Of a stretch of DNA of 64,000 bases, positions 11,011 through 23,899 are shown piece after piece. Each line of letters starts with the position of its first letter. Positions within the stretch are counted from its first letter, which is position 1. Below the pieces are notes generated by a model that saw nothing but the letters and a program-made list of their open reading frames with translations, was not told the DNA's origin and searched no databases. Both the position numbers and the translations under genes were made by a program. The DNA is from Hemiscyllium ocellatum. Its lineage: Eukaryota. The stretch is from positions 11,922,035 through 11,986,034 of the forward strand of contig NC_083447.1 of the NCBI RefSeq assembly GCF_020745735.1, written 5' to 3'.

Positions 11011-12739
11011 AAAGGGATCTAGATGAGTATAGGAATAGGAAGGATGAGAGCAATATGGGCCAAATGGTAACCTCAGCTAGTGTGGGAATTGAACCCACAC
11101 TGTCGGCATCACAATGCACCACAAACCAACAGCCCAGCCAACTGGGCAAACTGGAGAGAATGTTTGTGACCTGGAACACACTGCTCAGAGGTTGGTGCAC
11201 ACAGTTCCAATCAACACTTACAAGAAAAAAATAGATTATTATTTGTAAAGGAAGAACGTGTGGCATTTTGGGGAGAGTGCAGGGGAATGAAACCAAGAGG
11301 ATTGCTGTTTTGGAGAGCCAATACAGATATGATGAGCTACGTGGCCACTTTCTGGGTCATAAACATTCTGTGATTGAACTTGTGAGATGGAACTGTTCCC
11401 CCAGTGAGAGTCAGCCCCTTCTGAAACTGGTTGCAATTTCCCACATCACTTGGCTACTTGTGGCTAGTCACATCTCCCTTTGTACACTGCCCCAGTCCCA
11501 ACTGCTCTGCAATAGGTTTTTTTATCAACTGCTTGAATCATTAGCTGACCAAACAGCACTTAAATTGAGTGTAAGGGAAGTTTTTAAAAAGTGCAATAAT
11601 CCTTCAAATATCTCTTGCTTTTAAAGCAATAAATTTTCCCATTTCAGTCCACAATCAACAATAAGGAAAATAAAAGGATCGAGGTTTATGAGAGATAAAG
11701 AGACAGAGAAAGAAAAATAGAGATAGAGAGAGAGAGAGAGAGATGGACAGAGCTCCTGGGGGTCATCACTGACCATAAACTGAACTACATTAACTCTACA
11801 AATATTGTGGGTACAGGAGTAGATCAGCGACTAGGAAGTCTGCAACATTTCTCGTTAAAGGCTTATCCGCCATGTTCAAAACACAAGTCAGGAGTGAGAT
11901 AGAATACTCTCAAATTGCCTGGTTGAGTGCAGCTGCATTCAATACCATTGAGGACAAAGCATCTCGCTTGATTGGTGCCACAAATATTCACTCCCTCTAC
12001 CACTGACGCTCAGTAGCAGCAGTGTGAACCATCTACAATGTGCACTGCAGACATTCACCAAAGTTCCTTCGTCAGTATCTTCCAAACCCATGACCTCGAC
12101 AATCTAGAAGGATGAGGGCAGCAGATAGAAGGGAACACCACCCCCAGCTTGTTCCTGACAACATCCTGAATTTGGAAATATATCACTGTTCCTTCAATGT
12201 TTCTAAGTCAAGCTCCTGGAATGGAATTGTGGGTCTACCTGCAGCACATTGAGTCACAGAGTCATACAGCATGGAAACAGACCCCATCGGTCCAACATGT
12301 CCATGCCGAACATAATACCAAACTAAACCAGTTCTACCTGTCTGCGTTTGGCCCATCTGCCTCTAAACCTTTCTCAATCATGTACCTGTCTAAATGTCTT
12401 TTAAATGTTGTAACTACCACTTTCTCTGGCAATTCATTCCACATACGAGCCACTCTTTGTATGATAAGGTTGCTGCTCACGTTCCTTCTAAATCTTTCTC
12501 CTCTCACTTTAAAAATATACCCCTTAGTTTTGAACTCCCCCTACTCTAGGGAAAAGACCTTTGCCATTCACCTTATCAATGCCCCTCATGATTTATGAAC
12601 CTCTATAAGGTCACCTCCGGTGAAAAAAGTCCCAGCCTATCCAGACTCTCCTGAGAGCTCAAACTGTTCATTCCCGACAACATCCTGGTAAATCTTGTCT
12701 GATCACTCTCCAGATTAATAATATCCTTCCTATATTGTC

Positions 12740-13515
12740 TGAGTTGAGATGTCACCTATTTTTATAACACCTTGTTATCTCAAGAATGTAACTTAAAAGA
12801 GGTTCTAGGATTTACATATTAATGAACCAAAACCTGCCACCCATTCTAAAAGATGAAAGACTTAACAGCAATCTAGGTTTGTTCAATATATCGTTTTAAT
12901 TGCATGACACTTTTGCTATAAATTCTGTGTCTTATGATCCTACTCCACAGCTACCTGATGAAGGAGCAGCGGTCTGAAAGCTAGTGCTTCCAATTAAACC
13001 TGTTGGACTATAACCTGGTGTTGTGTGATTTTTAACCCTGTCCACCCCAGTTCAACACTGGCACTCTACATCAATCCTTCCTATAACAGTTAAAAATTAC
13101 ACAACACCAGGTTATAGTCCAACAGGTTTATTTGGAAGCACTAGCTTTCAGAGTGACGCTCCTTCATCAGGTGGTTGTGGAGAATAGGATTGTAAGACAC
13201 AGAATTTATAGCAAGTGTTTACAGTGTGATGTAACTGGAATTATATATTGAGAAAGACCTGGATTGTTTGTTTTTTTTAAATTTTGTGATTTTCATATGA
13301 AAGAACTGAAACCAACATGGTCATTCTAAAAGATGAGAGGTTTGACAAACAATCCAGGTCTTTCTCAATATATAATTCCAGTTACATCTTTTGCGATAAA
13401 TTCTGTGTCTTACAATCTTATTCTCCACAACCACCTGATGAAGGGGCAGCGCTCCAAAAGCTAGTGCTTCCAAATAAACCTGTTGGACTATAACGTGGCG
13501 TTGTGTGATATTTCT
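12740..13515. mobile_element. Second Penelope-derived family: one copy plus an inverted pair with hammerhead-like cores
   Basis: CCTGATGAAGG..GAAAGCTAGTG motif at about 12954 (+), 13140-13174 (-) and 13434 (+, mutated); 13090-13510 forms an inverted repeat. Confidence 0.7.
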
Positions 13516-13689
13516 ACACCCCATTTGTCTCCAAGTCATTTCCACAACAGGGCATTGCAGCGGTTCACAAAGGCAGCTCACCGCCACCTTCTCAAGGGGC
13601 AGTTAGGGGCAGAGAATCAATGCTGGGCCCAGCCAGTGATGCCCCATGTCCCATGAGCAGATACAAGGTGCTGCTCTGGTCCCTGGATC

Positions 13690-14005
13690 ATTGACTGATG
13701 CTGACGGGGTCACGTGCTGCTCCATCTGGTGGAGGCAGCCACAGTCCCCGCAGTAGCCACAGGGGGCGCTGCACCGGCCCGGTACGAATGTTCAGGGACC
13801 GCGGGGAGCGGGATCCGGGCGGAACCTGTGTCCCCCCCCCCCCCCCCCTCCCCAGGCTCCGGGCGGAACCTGTGTCCCCCTCCCCCGGTTCCGGGCAGCT
13901 CACAGGGGAGTGTGGCTGTGATTCCGGGCTCGGAGATAGGCCCCGGGGGCTTCCGACAGAGACAGGGACCCCGCCGTAACAAAACCAACCCCCGACCCTA
14001 TCCCC
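13690..14005 (+). promoter_or_regulatory. CpG-rich promoter, probably of GEMIN7
   Basis: Local CpG enrichment, E-box CACGTG (13711-13716), ETS-like CGGAA/TTCCG motifs, CTCF-like motifs; 1.5 kb upstream of the GEMIN7 coding exon acceptor. Confidence 0.6.
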
Positions 14006-14009
14006 TCCC

Positions 14010-14585
14010 GGGGGTGGAGGAAGGTATTGGGGGAGGGGGGTGGAGGAAGGTATTGGGGGAGGGGGGTGGAGGAAGGTATTGGGGGTGGGGGGTGGAGGAA
14101 GGTATTGGGGGAGGGGGGTGGAGGAAGGTATTGGGGGGTGGAGGAAGGTATTGGGGGGTGGAGGAAGGTATTGGGGGTGGGGGGTGGAGGAAGGTATTGG
14201 GGGAGGGGGGTGGAGGAAGGTATTGGGGGTGGAGGAAGGTATTGGGGGAGGGGGGTGGAGGAAGGTATTGGGGGAGGGGGTGGAGGAAGGTATTGGGGGG
14301 GTGGAGGAAGGTATTGGGGGGGTGGAGGAAGGTATTGGGGGGGTGGAGGAAGGTATTGGGGGGTGGAGGAAGGTATTGGGGGGTTGAGGAAGGTATTGGG
14401 GGGTGGAGGAAGGTATTGGGGGGGTGGAGGAAGGTATTGGGGGGTGGAGGAAGGTATTGGGGGGTTGAGGAAGGTATTGGGGGGTGGAGGAAGGTATTGG
14501 GGGTTGAGGAAGGTATGGGGGGTTGAGGAAGGTATGGGGGGTTGAGGAAGGTATTGGGGGGTGGAGGAAGGTATTGGGGGGGTGT
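14010..14585 (+). repeat. G-rich minisatellite (GGAGGAAGGTATT plus variable G runs), followed by purine-rich low complexity to about 15190
   Basis: Visible tandem units of about 19-29 bp. Confidence 0.95.
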
Positions 14586-15541
14586 GGAGGCATATATGGG
14601 GGAGGGTTGGAGGAGGATGGGGCAGGGGATGGAGAAACATGTGGGAAGAAGGGAAAGGGGGAGGAAGAAGGAGGGGGGGAAGGAGAGGATGGCAGGAAAG
14701 ATGGATGAGGGGGAAATGAGTGAAGGAGAGGGAGGGAGGGAATGAAGGTGAGGTAGAAAGGGAGGGGGGAGTTTGGAAAGGAAGGCAAGATGACTGGGAG
14801 GAAAGGGGACGGAAGGAGATCGAGGGGAAGGGGGTACAGCAATGCAGAATTAAAGGGGAGGTTGTTGGAGAAGAGGATTGGGAGAGGGGTGGAAAGGAGC
14901 GGTGTAGTTGATAAGGCCAGGGGTAAGAGGGAAGGAACAAGATGAAGGGAGAGTAGTGAGATGGAGCAGACAGAAGGGATGGTGGAGGGGGCCAAGGGGG
15001 AAAGAGAGCAGGAGGGGTGAGGGAGGAGCAGAAAGGCAAGAGGAAGGTTAAAGGAGTGAAGAGGAACAAACTGGAGAAGTAAGGGACAGGTGGGTTTAGG
15101 AATGGGAAAGGACAGGAAAAGGGGTTGTAGACAAGACAGAGGAAACGGAGAGTGGGAATGGAGGGGCACAGCAGGGGACTCGGGGGTGGAGAACGGTGCC
15201 CCAGGGGTCTGTGAGAGTTATACTGAGGTGGGGTGTGAAGCCATCACCTTGGTCAGGTTGAATTGAGTAAAATTTAGTGGTGAGTCAAACAGAAAAGCAA
15301 TACCCCATACTCAGTCTGGCTGCCTCACCTGGCAGGGTCAAAGGTTCACCAGTGTCGTGGTCCTATTGTGGAATTGCAGTACAAGGGAGGCTGTGAGCAA
15401 GGACACGCAACTGTTGGAGCATTCAGTCTTGAACTGAAGGCTTGTCTCAACCCATTTGAAATGCTGAGTTTAATGATTGCAATTGCAGCTGACCCTGTGA
15501 TTGTTGTGTGTTCTGTATTTGTTCCCTTGCAGCTCCGTCAG

Positions 15542-15913
15542 ATGGCTACACCCATGTCGGTTGTGCGACTGCCCAGGGGTCCCAGTGGGCATAGCCGAGG
15601 CTTTGATCCAACCTCACCGCGGTATCAGGCCCTGGCTCCCTCCTCCATCCAAGCCTCCACCAACGGCTGCCTCAAGGAGGAGCAGAGGTCGCGGTCGACG
15701 CTTCGGGAACGCTTCCTGCGCAGCCTGATTGCAATGGCGGGGAAGACCGTGGACTTCACGATGTACGAGAGGGTCTCTGTCACTGCCACTTTCGCGGCGT
15801 CAGACATCGACATCCTGAACTTCCAGGTCTCTCACTTGCAGACACCACTGGGCATTCAGAAGGAAGCGCTGTTGCGATGCCCGGACATCATTGCCTATAC
15901 GTTCAACCTTTGA
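15542..15913 (+). CDS. GEMIN7: Gem-associated protein 7 (SMN complex, Sm-like fold), 123 aa, single coding exon
   Basis: MATPMSVVRLPRGPSGHSRGF...LRERFLRSLIAM...LQTPLGIQKEALLRCPDIIAYTF matches GEMIN7; acceptor ttgcag| at 15532; AATAAA at 16133-16138. Confidence 0.95.
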   Translation: MATPMSVVRLPRGPSGHSRGFDPTSPRYQALAPSSIQASTNGCLKEEQRSRSTLRERFLRSLIAMAGKTVDFTMYERVSVTATFAASDIDILNFQVSHLQTPLGIQKEALLRCPDIIAYTFNL

Positions 15914-16257
15914 CCTTTCCTTGCTGTTTAAGAGCGTGAAGATTAAACCCTTTTCATTGCCTGCGTTCATTCCAGGTCAAGTCTTGAGCCACGCTGACAG
16001 AAACGACTGAAGAAATGTCACCTTTTTTTACCCCGTGTGGGGGTTACTGGCAGACTGAGGTGTGGTAATCAGAGTTCACTGGTGTTAGTCACAAACTGAT
16101 CTTTAGTTTGAAAAGAACTGTCCTTAAAATGCAATAAAGGTTTAGATTATAAATCCAAGATTCTGAAGTTGTAGTCACTGTTCCCTGTTTTCACTTTAAA
16201 GCTGAAACCCCTTCTCCTCTCCACCAGGGGATCTCTTTACTACTTTAATTTCTTGTT

Positions 16258-16690
16258 TGTTGCCAGGGTTGGAGGATTTGAGCTATAGGGAGAGGCTGAA
16301 TACGCTGGAGCTGTTTTCCATGGAGCTTCAGAGGCTGAGGGGTGACCTTATAGAGGTTTATAAAATCATGAGGGGCACGGATAGGGTAAATAGACAAGGT
16401 CTTTTTCCTGGGGTGTGGGAGTCCAGAACTAGAGGGCATAGGTTTAGGGTGAGAGGGGAAAGATATAAAAGGGATCTCAGGGGAAACTTTTTCACACAGG
16501 GTGACGTGTGTATGGAATGAGTTACCAGAGGAAGTGGTACAATTATAACATTTAAAAGGCATCTGGATGGGTGTATGAATAGGATGTGTTGGAGGGATAT
16601 GGGCCAAGTGCTGACAAATGGGCCTAGATTAGGTTAAGATACCTGGTCAGCGTGGATGAAGAGTCTGTTTCTGTGCTTAACATCTCCAAA
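16258..16690 (+). mobile_element. CR1 LINE 3' end
   Basis: PGLEDLSYRERL..LFS..RLRGDLIEVYKIM motif; same family as 4898-5358. Confidence 0.9.
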
Positions 16691-17009
16691 ATTGTACAAG
16701 TTTTTAAAAGAAAACCAATCTGTATTTATGTAGCACCTTTAACTTCATAAAATGATGTTAGACAGCAAAATTTGTCCACTGTGCCAACATCAGGCAATAT
16801 TAGGACAGATGAGCAAAAATTTGACTAAAGAGGAAGTCTTTAAAAGACTTTTTAGGGCAGGATAAAAAAAACCCAGCAGTAAGGTCTTGGGAAGGAATTC
16901 TGGATCTTCAGGCCTTCCCACTGAGTTGGTGGAACACAGATCCTGGAGGGTTCCGAGGTGGTTCCAGAGATGGGGAAGATCGAGAATTCAAGAGGTATTT
17001 TTTTTTTAA

Positions 17010-17515
17010 ACGTGGTTTATTATTGTCGCAATGCAGTATAGGCAGACCATATAATACAAAGGGTGTTAGAACAGAGCGAGGGATACAATGTTATGGCTAT
17101 AGAGAAGGTGAACAAAGAGCGAGTTCAACATTACATTTGAGAGGTCCGTTCAGAAGTCTAATAACACCGGGGAAAAAGCTGTTCTTGAATGTGTTGGTAC
17201 GTGTGTTTAAGCTTTTGTATCTTCTGCCTGACAGAAGGGATTATAACCGGGGTGGGAGGGGTCTTTGATGACACGTTGGCTGCCTTCCCGAGGCAGCGAG
17301 AACTGAGGTCAGTGGATGGAAGATTGGCTTGCCTGATGGACTGAGATGTGTTCACAACTCTCTCTAGTTCCTTACAGTTCTGGGCAGAGCAGTTGCCGTC
17401 CCAAGCTCTGATGTATCCGTACAGGCTGCTTTCAATGGTGCATCTATCAAAATTCACGAACATGCCGAATTTCCTTAGCCTCCTGAGGAAGTTAGAGGCG
17501 TTATTGTGCTTTCTT
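17010..17515 (-). mobile_element. Rex1/Babar-type LINE 3' fragment (second fragment at about 21530-21850)
   Basis: ORF CTIESSLYGYIRAWDGNCSAQNCKELERVV...SRCLGKAA resembles the Rex1 RT C-terminus. Confidence 0.7.
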
Positions 17516-17752
17516 GAAAACGAAGATGAGAATTATTTCAAATGTCTAATTGCGGAATAAAATCTAATGTCGAACTAGTGAAATCTAATGTGCTTTCTGT
17601 TTGGCAAGCATGTGCTGATTGAATACAGTCTGTGTTTTGCCTCTAGTGAGCAGCCAAAGAGAGAGAGAGAGAGAACATTACAGCACAGTACAGGCCCTTC
17701 AGCCCTCGATTTTGCGCTGACCTGTGAAACCAATCTGAAGCCCATCTACTGT

Positions 17753-18045
17753 GGGTGGCACAGTGGTTAGCGCTGCTGTCTCACAGCGCCAGAGACCCAG
17801 GTTCAATTCCCGACTCAGGCGACTGTGTGGAGTTTGCACGTTCTCCCTGTGTCTGCGTGGGTTTCCTCCGGGTGCTCCGGTTTCCTCCCACAATCCAAAG
17901 ATGTGCAGGTCAGGTGAATTGGCCATGCTAAATTGCCCGTAGTGTTAGATAAGAGGTAAATGTAGGGGAATGGGTGGGTTGCGCTTCGGCGGGTCGGTGT
18001 GGACTTATTGGGCCTGTTTCCACACTGTAAGTAATCTAATCTAAT
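17753..18045 (+). mobile_element. HE1-type tRNA-derived SINE
   Basis: GGTGGCACAGTGGTTAGC A-box, GGTTCAATTCC B-box, CR1-like tail ending in (CTAAT)n. Confidence 0.9.
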
Positions 18046-19259
18046 TATCATCCATATGTTTACCGAGTGACCGTTTAAAGTTGACGAGTCTGCTACAGGC
18101 AGGGCATTCTACGCCCTCACTACTCTCTGAGTAAAGATGCTGTCTGACAGGGAATGAGTGGGTTGTTGCATGACAATGTAGATCAGCAAGCAAAGGGGTG
18201 TGGGTGATTGAAATTTGTGGTTGCGAGTTCCGATGAGGGCAGCAGAGTTTTGGTTGACTTGCGTTTCCAGAGGGTGAAACCTGGAGTGGACTTCGACAAT
18301 CGGGTCAAGGTGGAATGGATGAGAGATTTGACAGAAGCTGAGCTGGAACAGGTGAGGTCAAGTGATCTTGCGGAGATGGGAATAGGTGTAATTAAGTGAT
18401 ATTCTGAACTCAAATTCGGAGTCATCTGATCGACACTTTGTTACATTTGTGCCCCAAGATTCAAAATTGTCAGCAAAACAAAGGCACTGGAATGGGAATG
18501 ATAGGCTGAATGGCCTCTTGCACTGTGAGATTCATTCCCTGCCTGATTGTCAGTGCCTTAGATTGTTCAAAAGGCCACTTGCTTTGTGGTATTCTAGCCT
18601 AACGGTAAAAATGAAGAAGGTGGGGACTGCATCTTGTCTCTGTGCAAGAATGAAAAGAGAGTTTGGAAGTTAAAAAGAAACAAACTTAGGAATCCTGAAA
18701 TTGCAAACTGTTTAATAGCATGGTTCAAGGCTCCCAAAGCAATTAAGGTGTTCTCAGCCTGTGAGTGGCATTGTTAATGACAGCCTCGTACTATACATCC
18801 CCAGTACGATACCAGGCCCAAAGTTAAAATGTCCCAGCGTCTACAATCCATGGGGAAGTACGGATCCGGGAGGATAACCATTTTGGATATTGCCGGCCTT
18901 TTTTCCAAATGTGAGTAAGTCGTAAATATCGCAGTTTGTGAACAAAATTGCTGGAAAAGCTCAGCAGGTCTGGCAGCATCTGTCCAGTTAACCTTTCGGA
19001 GTGAAGCGACCAGGGGATCTGAGGAAGGGTTACTCAACCCAAAGCATTAACTCTCGATTTCTCTCCTCAGGTACTGCCAGACCTGTTGAGTTTTTTTCCA
19101 GCAATTTCTGTTTTCAGTTTCAATGGTTGCAAACTGGTTTGCAGGGAGAAAGTATGAGACATGGAGTGACGGATAAAGGGGTAGATTCTGCTCATTTCTA
19201 TTGTCAAAAGGTGCACTTGCTTTGCAGTAAAGGTACCTTGAGGTAAGAGTGACCATAAT

Positions 19260-19563
19260 GGGTGGCACAGTGGTTAGCACTGCTGCCTCACAGCGCCAGA
19301 GACCCGGGTTCAATTCCCGCCTCAGGCGACTGACTGTGTGGAGTTTGCACATTCTCCCCGTGTCTGCGTGGGTTTCCTCCGGGTGCTCCGGTTTCCTCCC
19401 ACAGTCCAAAGATGTGCAGGTTAAGGTGAATTGGCCATGCTAAATTGCCCATAGTGTTAGGTAAGGGGTAAATGTAGGGGTATGGGTGGGTTGCGCTCCG
19501 GCGGGTCGGTGTGGACTTGTTGGGCCGAAGGGCCTGTTTCCACACTGTAAGTAATCTAATAAT
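19260..19563 (+). mobile_element. HE1-type SINE, full length
   Basis: Same A/B boxes and tail. Further copies at about 2805, 5595, 22400-22630 (-), 23085, 23605-23900 (-), 29730-30060, 44020-44290 (-) and 47980-48310 (-). Confidence 0.9.
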
Positions 19564-20664
19564 ACGATAGGATTTTTAGATACTTTCTCATCAACCTATT
19601 CAGAGACATTATACATCCCTCTGGAGCCCTGGCTGTCTGATTTGGGATTTTACACTCTGTTTGTCAGTGATTGGATGAAGTACAGAACAAGAGACTTGCC
19701 TGAGGTAAATGGGGTAACTCCAAAGGAATGTATGGTCACTGGCATTTAAAAGAATTTGTAGCTGGTTTTCAATAGATAATCCTTGAAGGCACAAAAGAGT
19801 AGTCGACTGTGACTTAACAATCGTGGAGGGTTGTAATGCAGAAGGCAGCCATTCAGCCTGTCACTTTTGTGCTAGCTTACTGCAAGCAAGAGTTGTGGAA
19901 GAATATTAGTTTGAAGACTGGTCTAACAATGAAGCCACAAAGCGTCGTAAACCCGAGGGTTGAGAAGAATTTAAAATTCAGCAAATGCGAATTTGAAAAG
20001 GAAAGGCAATAGACAAGCAAGAGATGTTTAAAAAAAAGTTGTACATTTCTATGTAAATGAGAGATGAACACATGTCAGTGTGATTCCACTTCAGACAGAT
20101 CCAGGTGAAAATATAACAGAGAAGGAGGAAATGGTGACATGAAACTCATACTTTGCCAATCTTCATCTTTGAATCCCTACAGCATGGAAGCCGGCCATTC
20201 AACCCATCAAGTCCACACTGACCTTCTGAAGAACATCCCACCCAGACCCACCCTATCCCTGGGACCCTGCAATTCCCATGGCTAACCCACCCAGCCTGCA
20301 CATCCCTGGACACTTTTGGCAAAATAGCATTGCCACTCCACCTAACCTGGTAAAAATCCTGGAAGAAACGGGGACCTAACGAGTGAGGAATTGAAACAAA
20401 TCGTGATAAACAAAGAAATGGTACTGGGTAAAATAACAGAATCAGGGTGGTGACAAATCCCCTTGCCCTGCCAACTTGCATTTTGGATTTTAAAACCCTG
20501 AACTGCAGAAGTGGTCGATGCTATGGATTTTGTTCAGGCAGAATGCCTTAGATTCTAGGCTTAGAAAGCCACAAACGTGACCTCATCATGAAATGAGGAA
20601 GAGTAAAAGGAGAACCAACAGTCTTGTGTTATGGTGGTTTGTGTTCCTTGTCTTTTAAGATTGA

Positions 20665-21385
20665 TATAGAACATAGAAAAATACAGCGCAGTACAGGCCA
20701 TTTGACCCTCGATGTTGCGCTGACCCTAGCCCACTATCCTCCATATGCCTATCCAATGCCCGTTTAAATGTCCATAAAGAGGGAGATTCCACCACTGCTG
20801 CTGGCAGGGCATTCCATGAACTCACAACTCGCTGAGTAAAGAATCTGTCCTATACCCGCCACCCCTTAACTTAAAGCTATGCCCCCTCGTAATAGCTGAC
20901 TCCATACGTGGAAAAAGGTTCTCATTGTCAACCCTATCTAAACCCCTAATCATCTTGTACACCTCTATCAAGTCACCCCTAAACCTTTTTTTCTCCAATG
21001 AAAACAGCCCAAGTGCCTCAGCCTTTCCTCATACGATCTTCCTACCATACCAGGCAACCTCCTCTGCACCCATTCCAGTGCCTCCACATCCTTTCTATAG
21101 TATGGCAAAACTGCACACAATACTCCAGATGCGGCTGCACCAGAGTCTTATACAACTGCAATATGGCCTCAAGACTCTGGAACTCAATTCCTCTACCAAT
21201 AAAACCCAGTACGCCATATGCCTTCTTCACAGCACTATTTACCTGGGTGGCAACTTTCAGAGATCTGTGTACATGGACACCAAGATCCCTCTGCTCATCC
21301 ACACTACCAAGTATCCGACCATTAGCCCAGTACCCCCTCTTCTTGTTACTCTTACCCAAGTGAATCACTTCACACTTACCTACAT
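20665..21385 (-). mobile_element. CR1 LINE 3' fragment
   Basis: ORF 21042-21368 with QRDLGVHVHRSLK and LYKTLVQPHLEYCVQF. Confidence 0.9.
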
Positions 21386-23899
21386 ATGAGGAGTAATCTC
21401 TTTGTTCAGAAGGTTATGAATCTTTGGCGCTGTGGTAAGATGGAGTGGTGAAAGAAGGGTGGTGATGTTGTAATATTGATCGTGGCACGAAGGAGGTAAA
21501 CAGTTTAGAAGGCTTCTAAAGCTGGGAGAATTGAATTGAATAGAACTTATTATCACATATACTGAGGCACAGTGAAAAGCTTTATCTTGCGAGCAACACC
21601 GGCAGATCACAGAGTTAAACAGCACAGATCAGCAAATAATAAGTAAACAGCGGCAAAAATAAAAACACAAGTACAAGTGAATGTTGAAGAGTTTGTGAGT
21701 CAATTCAGTATTCGAACAACAGTAGGATAGAAACTGTTTCAAAACCAGCTGGTGCGTGTGTTCAGGCTTCTGTACCTTCTCCCCGATGGTAGAGGTTGTA
21801 GAAAAACATTGCCAGGGTGGGATGGATCTTTGAGAATGCTGGCGGCCTCTCTTTGGAGAAAGGACTGCAGATGCTGGAGATCAGAGTCAAGAGTGTGGCG
21901 CTGGAAAAGCACAGTAGGTCTGGCGGCATCCGAGGAGCAGGAGAATCGATGTTTTGGGCATACGCCCTTCATCAGGAATTCCTGGTGAAGGATTTATGCC
22001 CAAAACGTCAATTCTCCTGCTCCTCGGATGCGACCTCATCTTCTCAAATAAAGCCATTTAGTTACAATTAAAACCCAAGAAGTGGCCAACCATATTTTAT
22101 GGAGTGTACATTCTTAATTATCTGGCAGATTTGCTATCCATGGATCTATGTCCATGTGAGATTGGCTGATTTTACATTTTCCTAATAGATATTTCGTAGA
22201 ATGCCTAAAGTGTGGACAGAGGCCATTTGGCCTATCAAGTCCACACAATGATCCTCCAAACAGCATCCCATTCCATAGACGGAAGTGAGGACTGGAGATC
22301 AGAGTCAAGATCAGAGTGGTGCTGAAAAAGCACAGCAGGTCAGGCAGAATCTGAGGAGCAGGAAAATCGACGTTTCGGGCAGGAGCCTTTCCCATCACAT
22401 CCCCTATCCCCGTAACCCCGCATTTCCTGTGGCAGGTCCACCTCACCTGCACACCATGGGGCAATTTAGCATGGCCAATCCACCTAATCTGCACAACTTT
22501 GGACTGTGGGAGGAAACCAGAGTACCTGGAGAAAGCTCACACAGACTCATGGAGAACATGCAAGCTCCACACAAATAGTCACCCAAGGCCGGAATTGAAC
22601 CCAGTTCTCTGGCACTGTGAGGCAGCAGTGCTAACCACTGAGCTACTGTGATAGAAAGGGACTTTTCTATTCTAGCACTATCTGCATTTTTTGTGTTTTC
22701 TGTGCAAATTCTGGGCCCCATCCCCTGTGGGTAACAAGAACTTAGTTTATTATAAACATCCCTACATTGTAAAGGAGCGATGGAAATTTTCTGATCTTTA
22801 GGCAAATTTCAGAGACTGTGAAACAATAGGGTAATAAGAGAGAAGTTGAATTTGTCCAATATTCATTGGGATAGACATAATGTGAAGGGTTTAATGGGTG
22901 TAAAAGTCTAAAACCGTATCTAGGAGAGTTTTTTAAGCCAGCACATTGCAAGTCCTACAGCAGAGGGAACTAATTTTAGGGAACAAAGTATCTGTGGAGG
23001 GCAATTTTGGGAATTGTGATCATAAACCAAGTTAGTTATGGAAAAGGACAAAGATGGGCCAGACGTAAAGGGTGAGAGTGTTGTGGTGGCTCAGTGGTCA
23101 TCACTGCTACCTCACAGTGCCAGGGACTCAGGTTCGATTCCAGTGTTGGGTGACTGTGTGTGGAGTTTGCACATCTCCCCATGCCTGTGTGGGTTTCCTC
23201 CAGGTATTCCTGCTTCCTCCCACAGACCAACGATGTGCTGGTTAAAGCAAATTGCCCCATTATGCCCATGGATGTGCAGGCTAGCCATGGGGAATGCAAG
23301 GTGACAGGGAGAGGGATGTAGGAGAAAGTGAGGACTGCAGATGCTGGAGTATCAGAGCTGAAAATGTGTCGCTGGAAAAGCGCAGCAGGTCAGGCAGCCC
23401 AAGGAGCAGGAGAGTCGACATTTCGGGCATGAGCCCTTCCTCAGAGATAGGGATGTGTCTAGGTGAGATGATCTTCAGAGTGTTGGTGGCTCAATGGGCC
23501 AAATGGCCTGCTTCCATACTTTAGGAATTCCATGATTTTCTAAAGGTTCTGAATTGGGGTCAAGCCAATTTTAATATGATAGAATAGGATCTGGGAGCAG
23601 CTATATTAGATTGGATTCACTACAGTTTGGAAACAGGCCCTTCAGCCCATACTGACCCTCCAAAGGGTTACCGACCCCCCCTCTGATTAATGCATCCAAT
23701 ACTATGGGTAATTTAGCATAGCCAATTCACCTGACCCGCACATCTTTGGACTGTGGGAGGAAACCTGAGCATCCGGAGGAAACCCACGCAGATGCGGGGA
23801 GAATGTGTAAACTCCACACACAGTCACCCAAGGCTGGAATCAAACCTGTGACCCTGGTGCTGTGAGGCAGTAGAGCTAACCGCTGAGCCACCGTGCCAC

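Noticed and set aside
13688-15169. Long Pro-rich and Gly-rich ORFs (up to 493 aa)
   Set aside because: Translations of a G-rich minisatellite and low-complexity DNA, open in many frames on both strands.
15368-15541. 58-aa N-terminal extension of GEMIN7
   Set aside because: Lies upstream of a clear acceptor at 15532; homology starts at ATG 15542.
17753-17830. tRNA genes at SINE heads
   Set aside because: A and B boxes belong to HE1-type SINEs; no cloverleaf.
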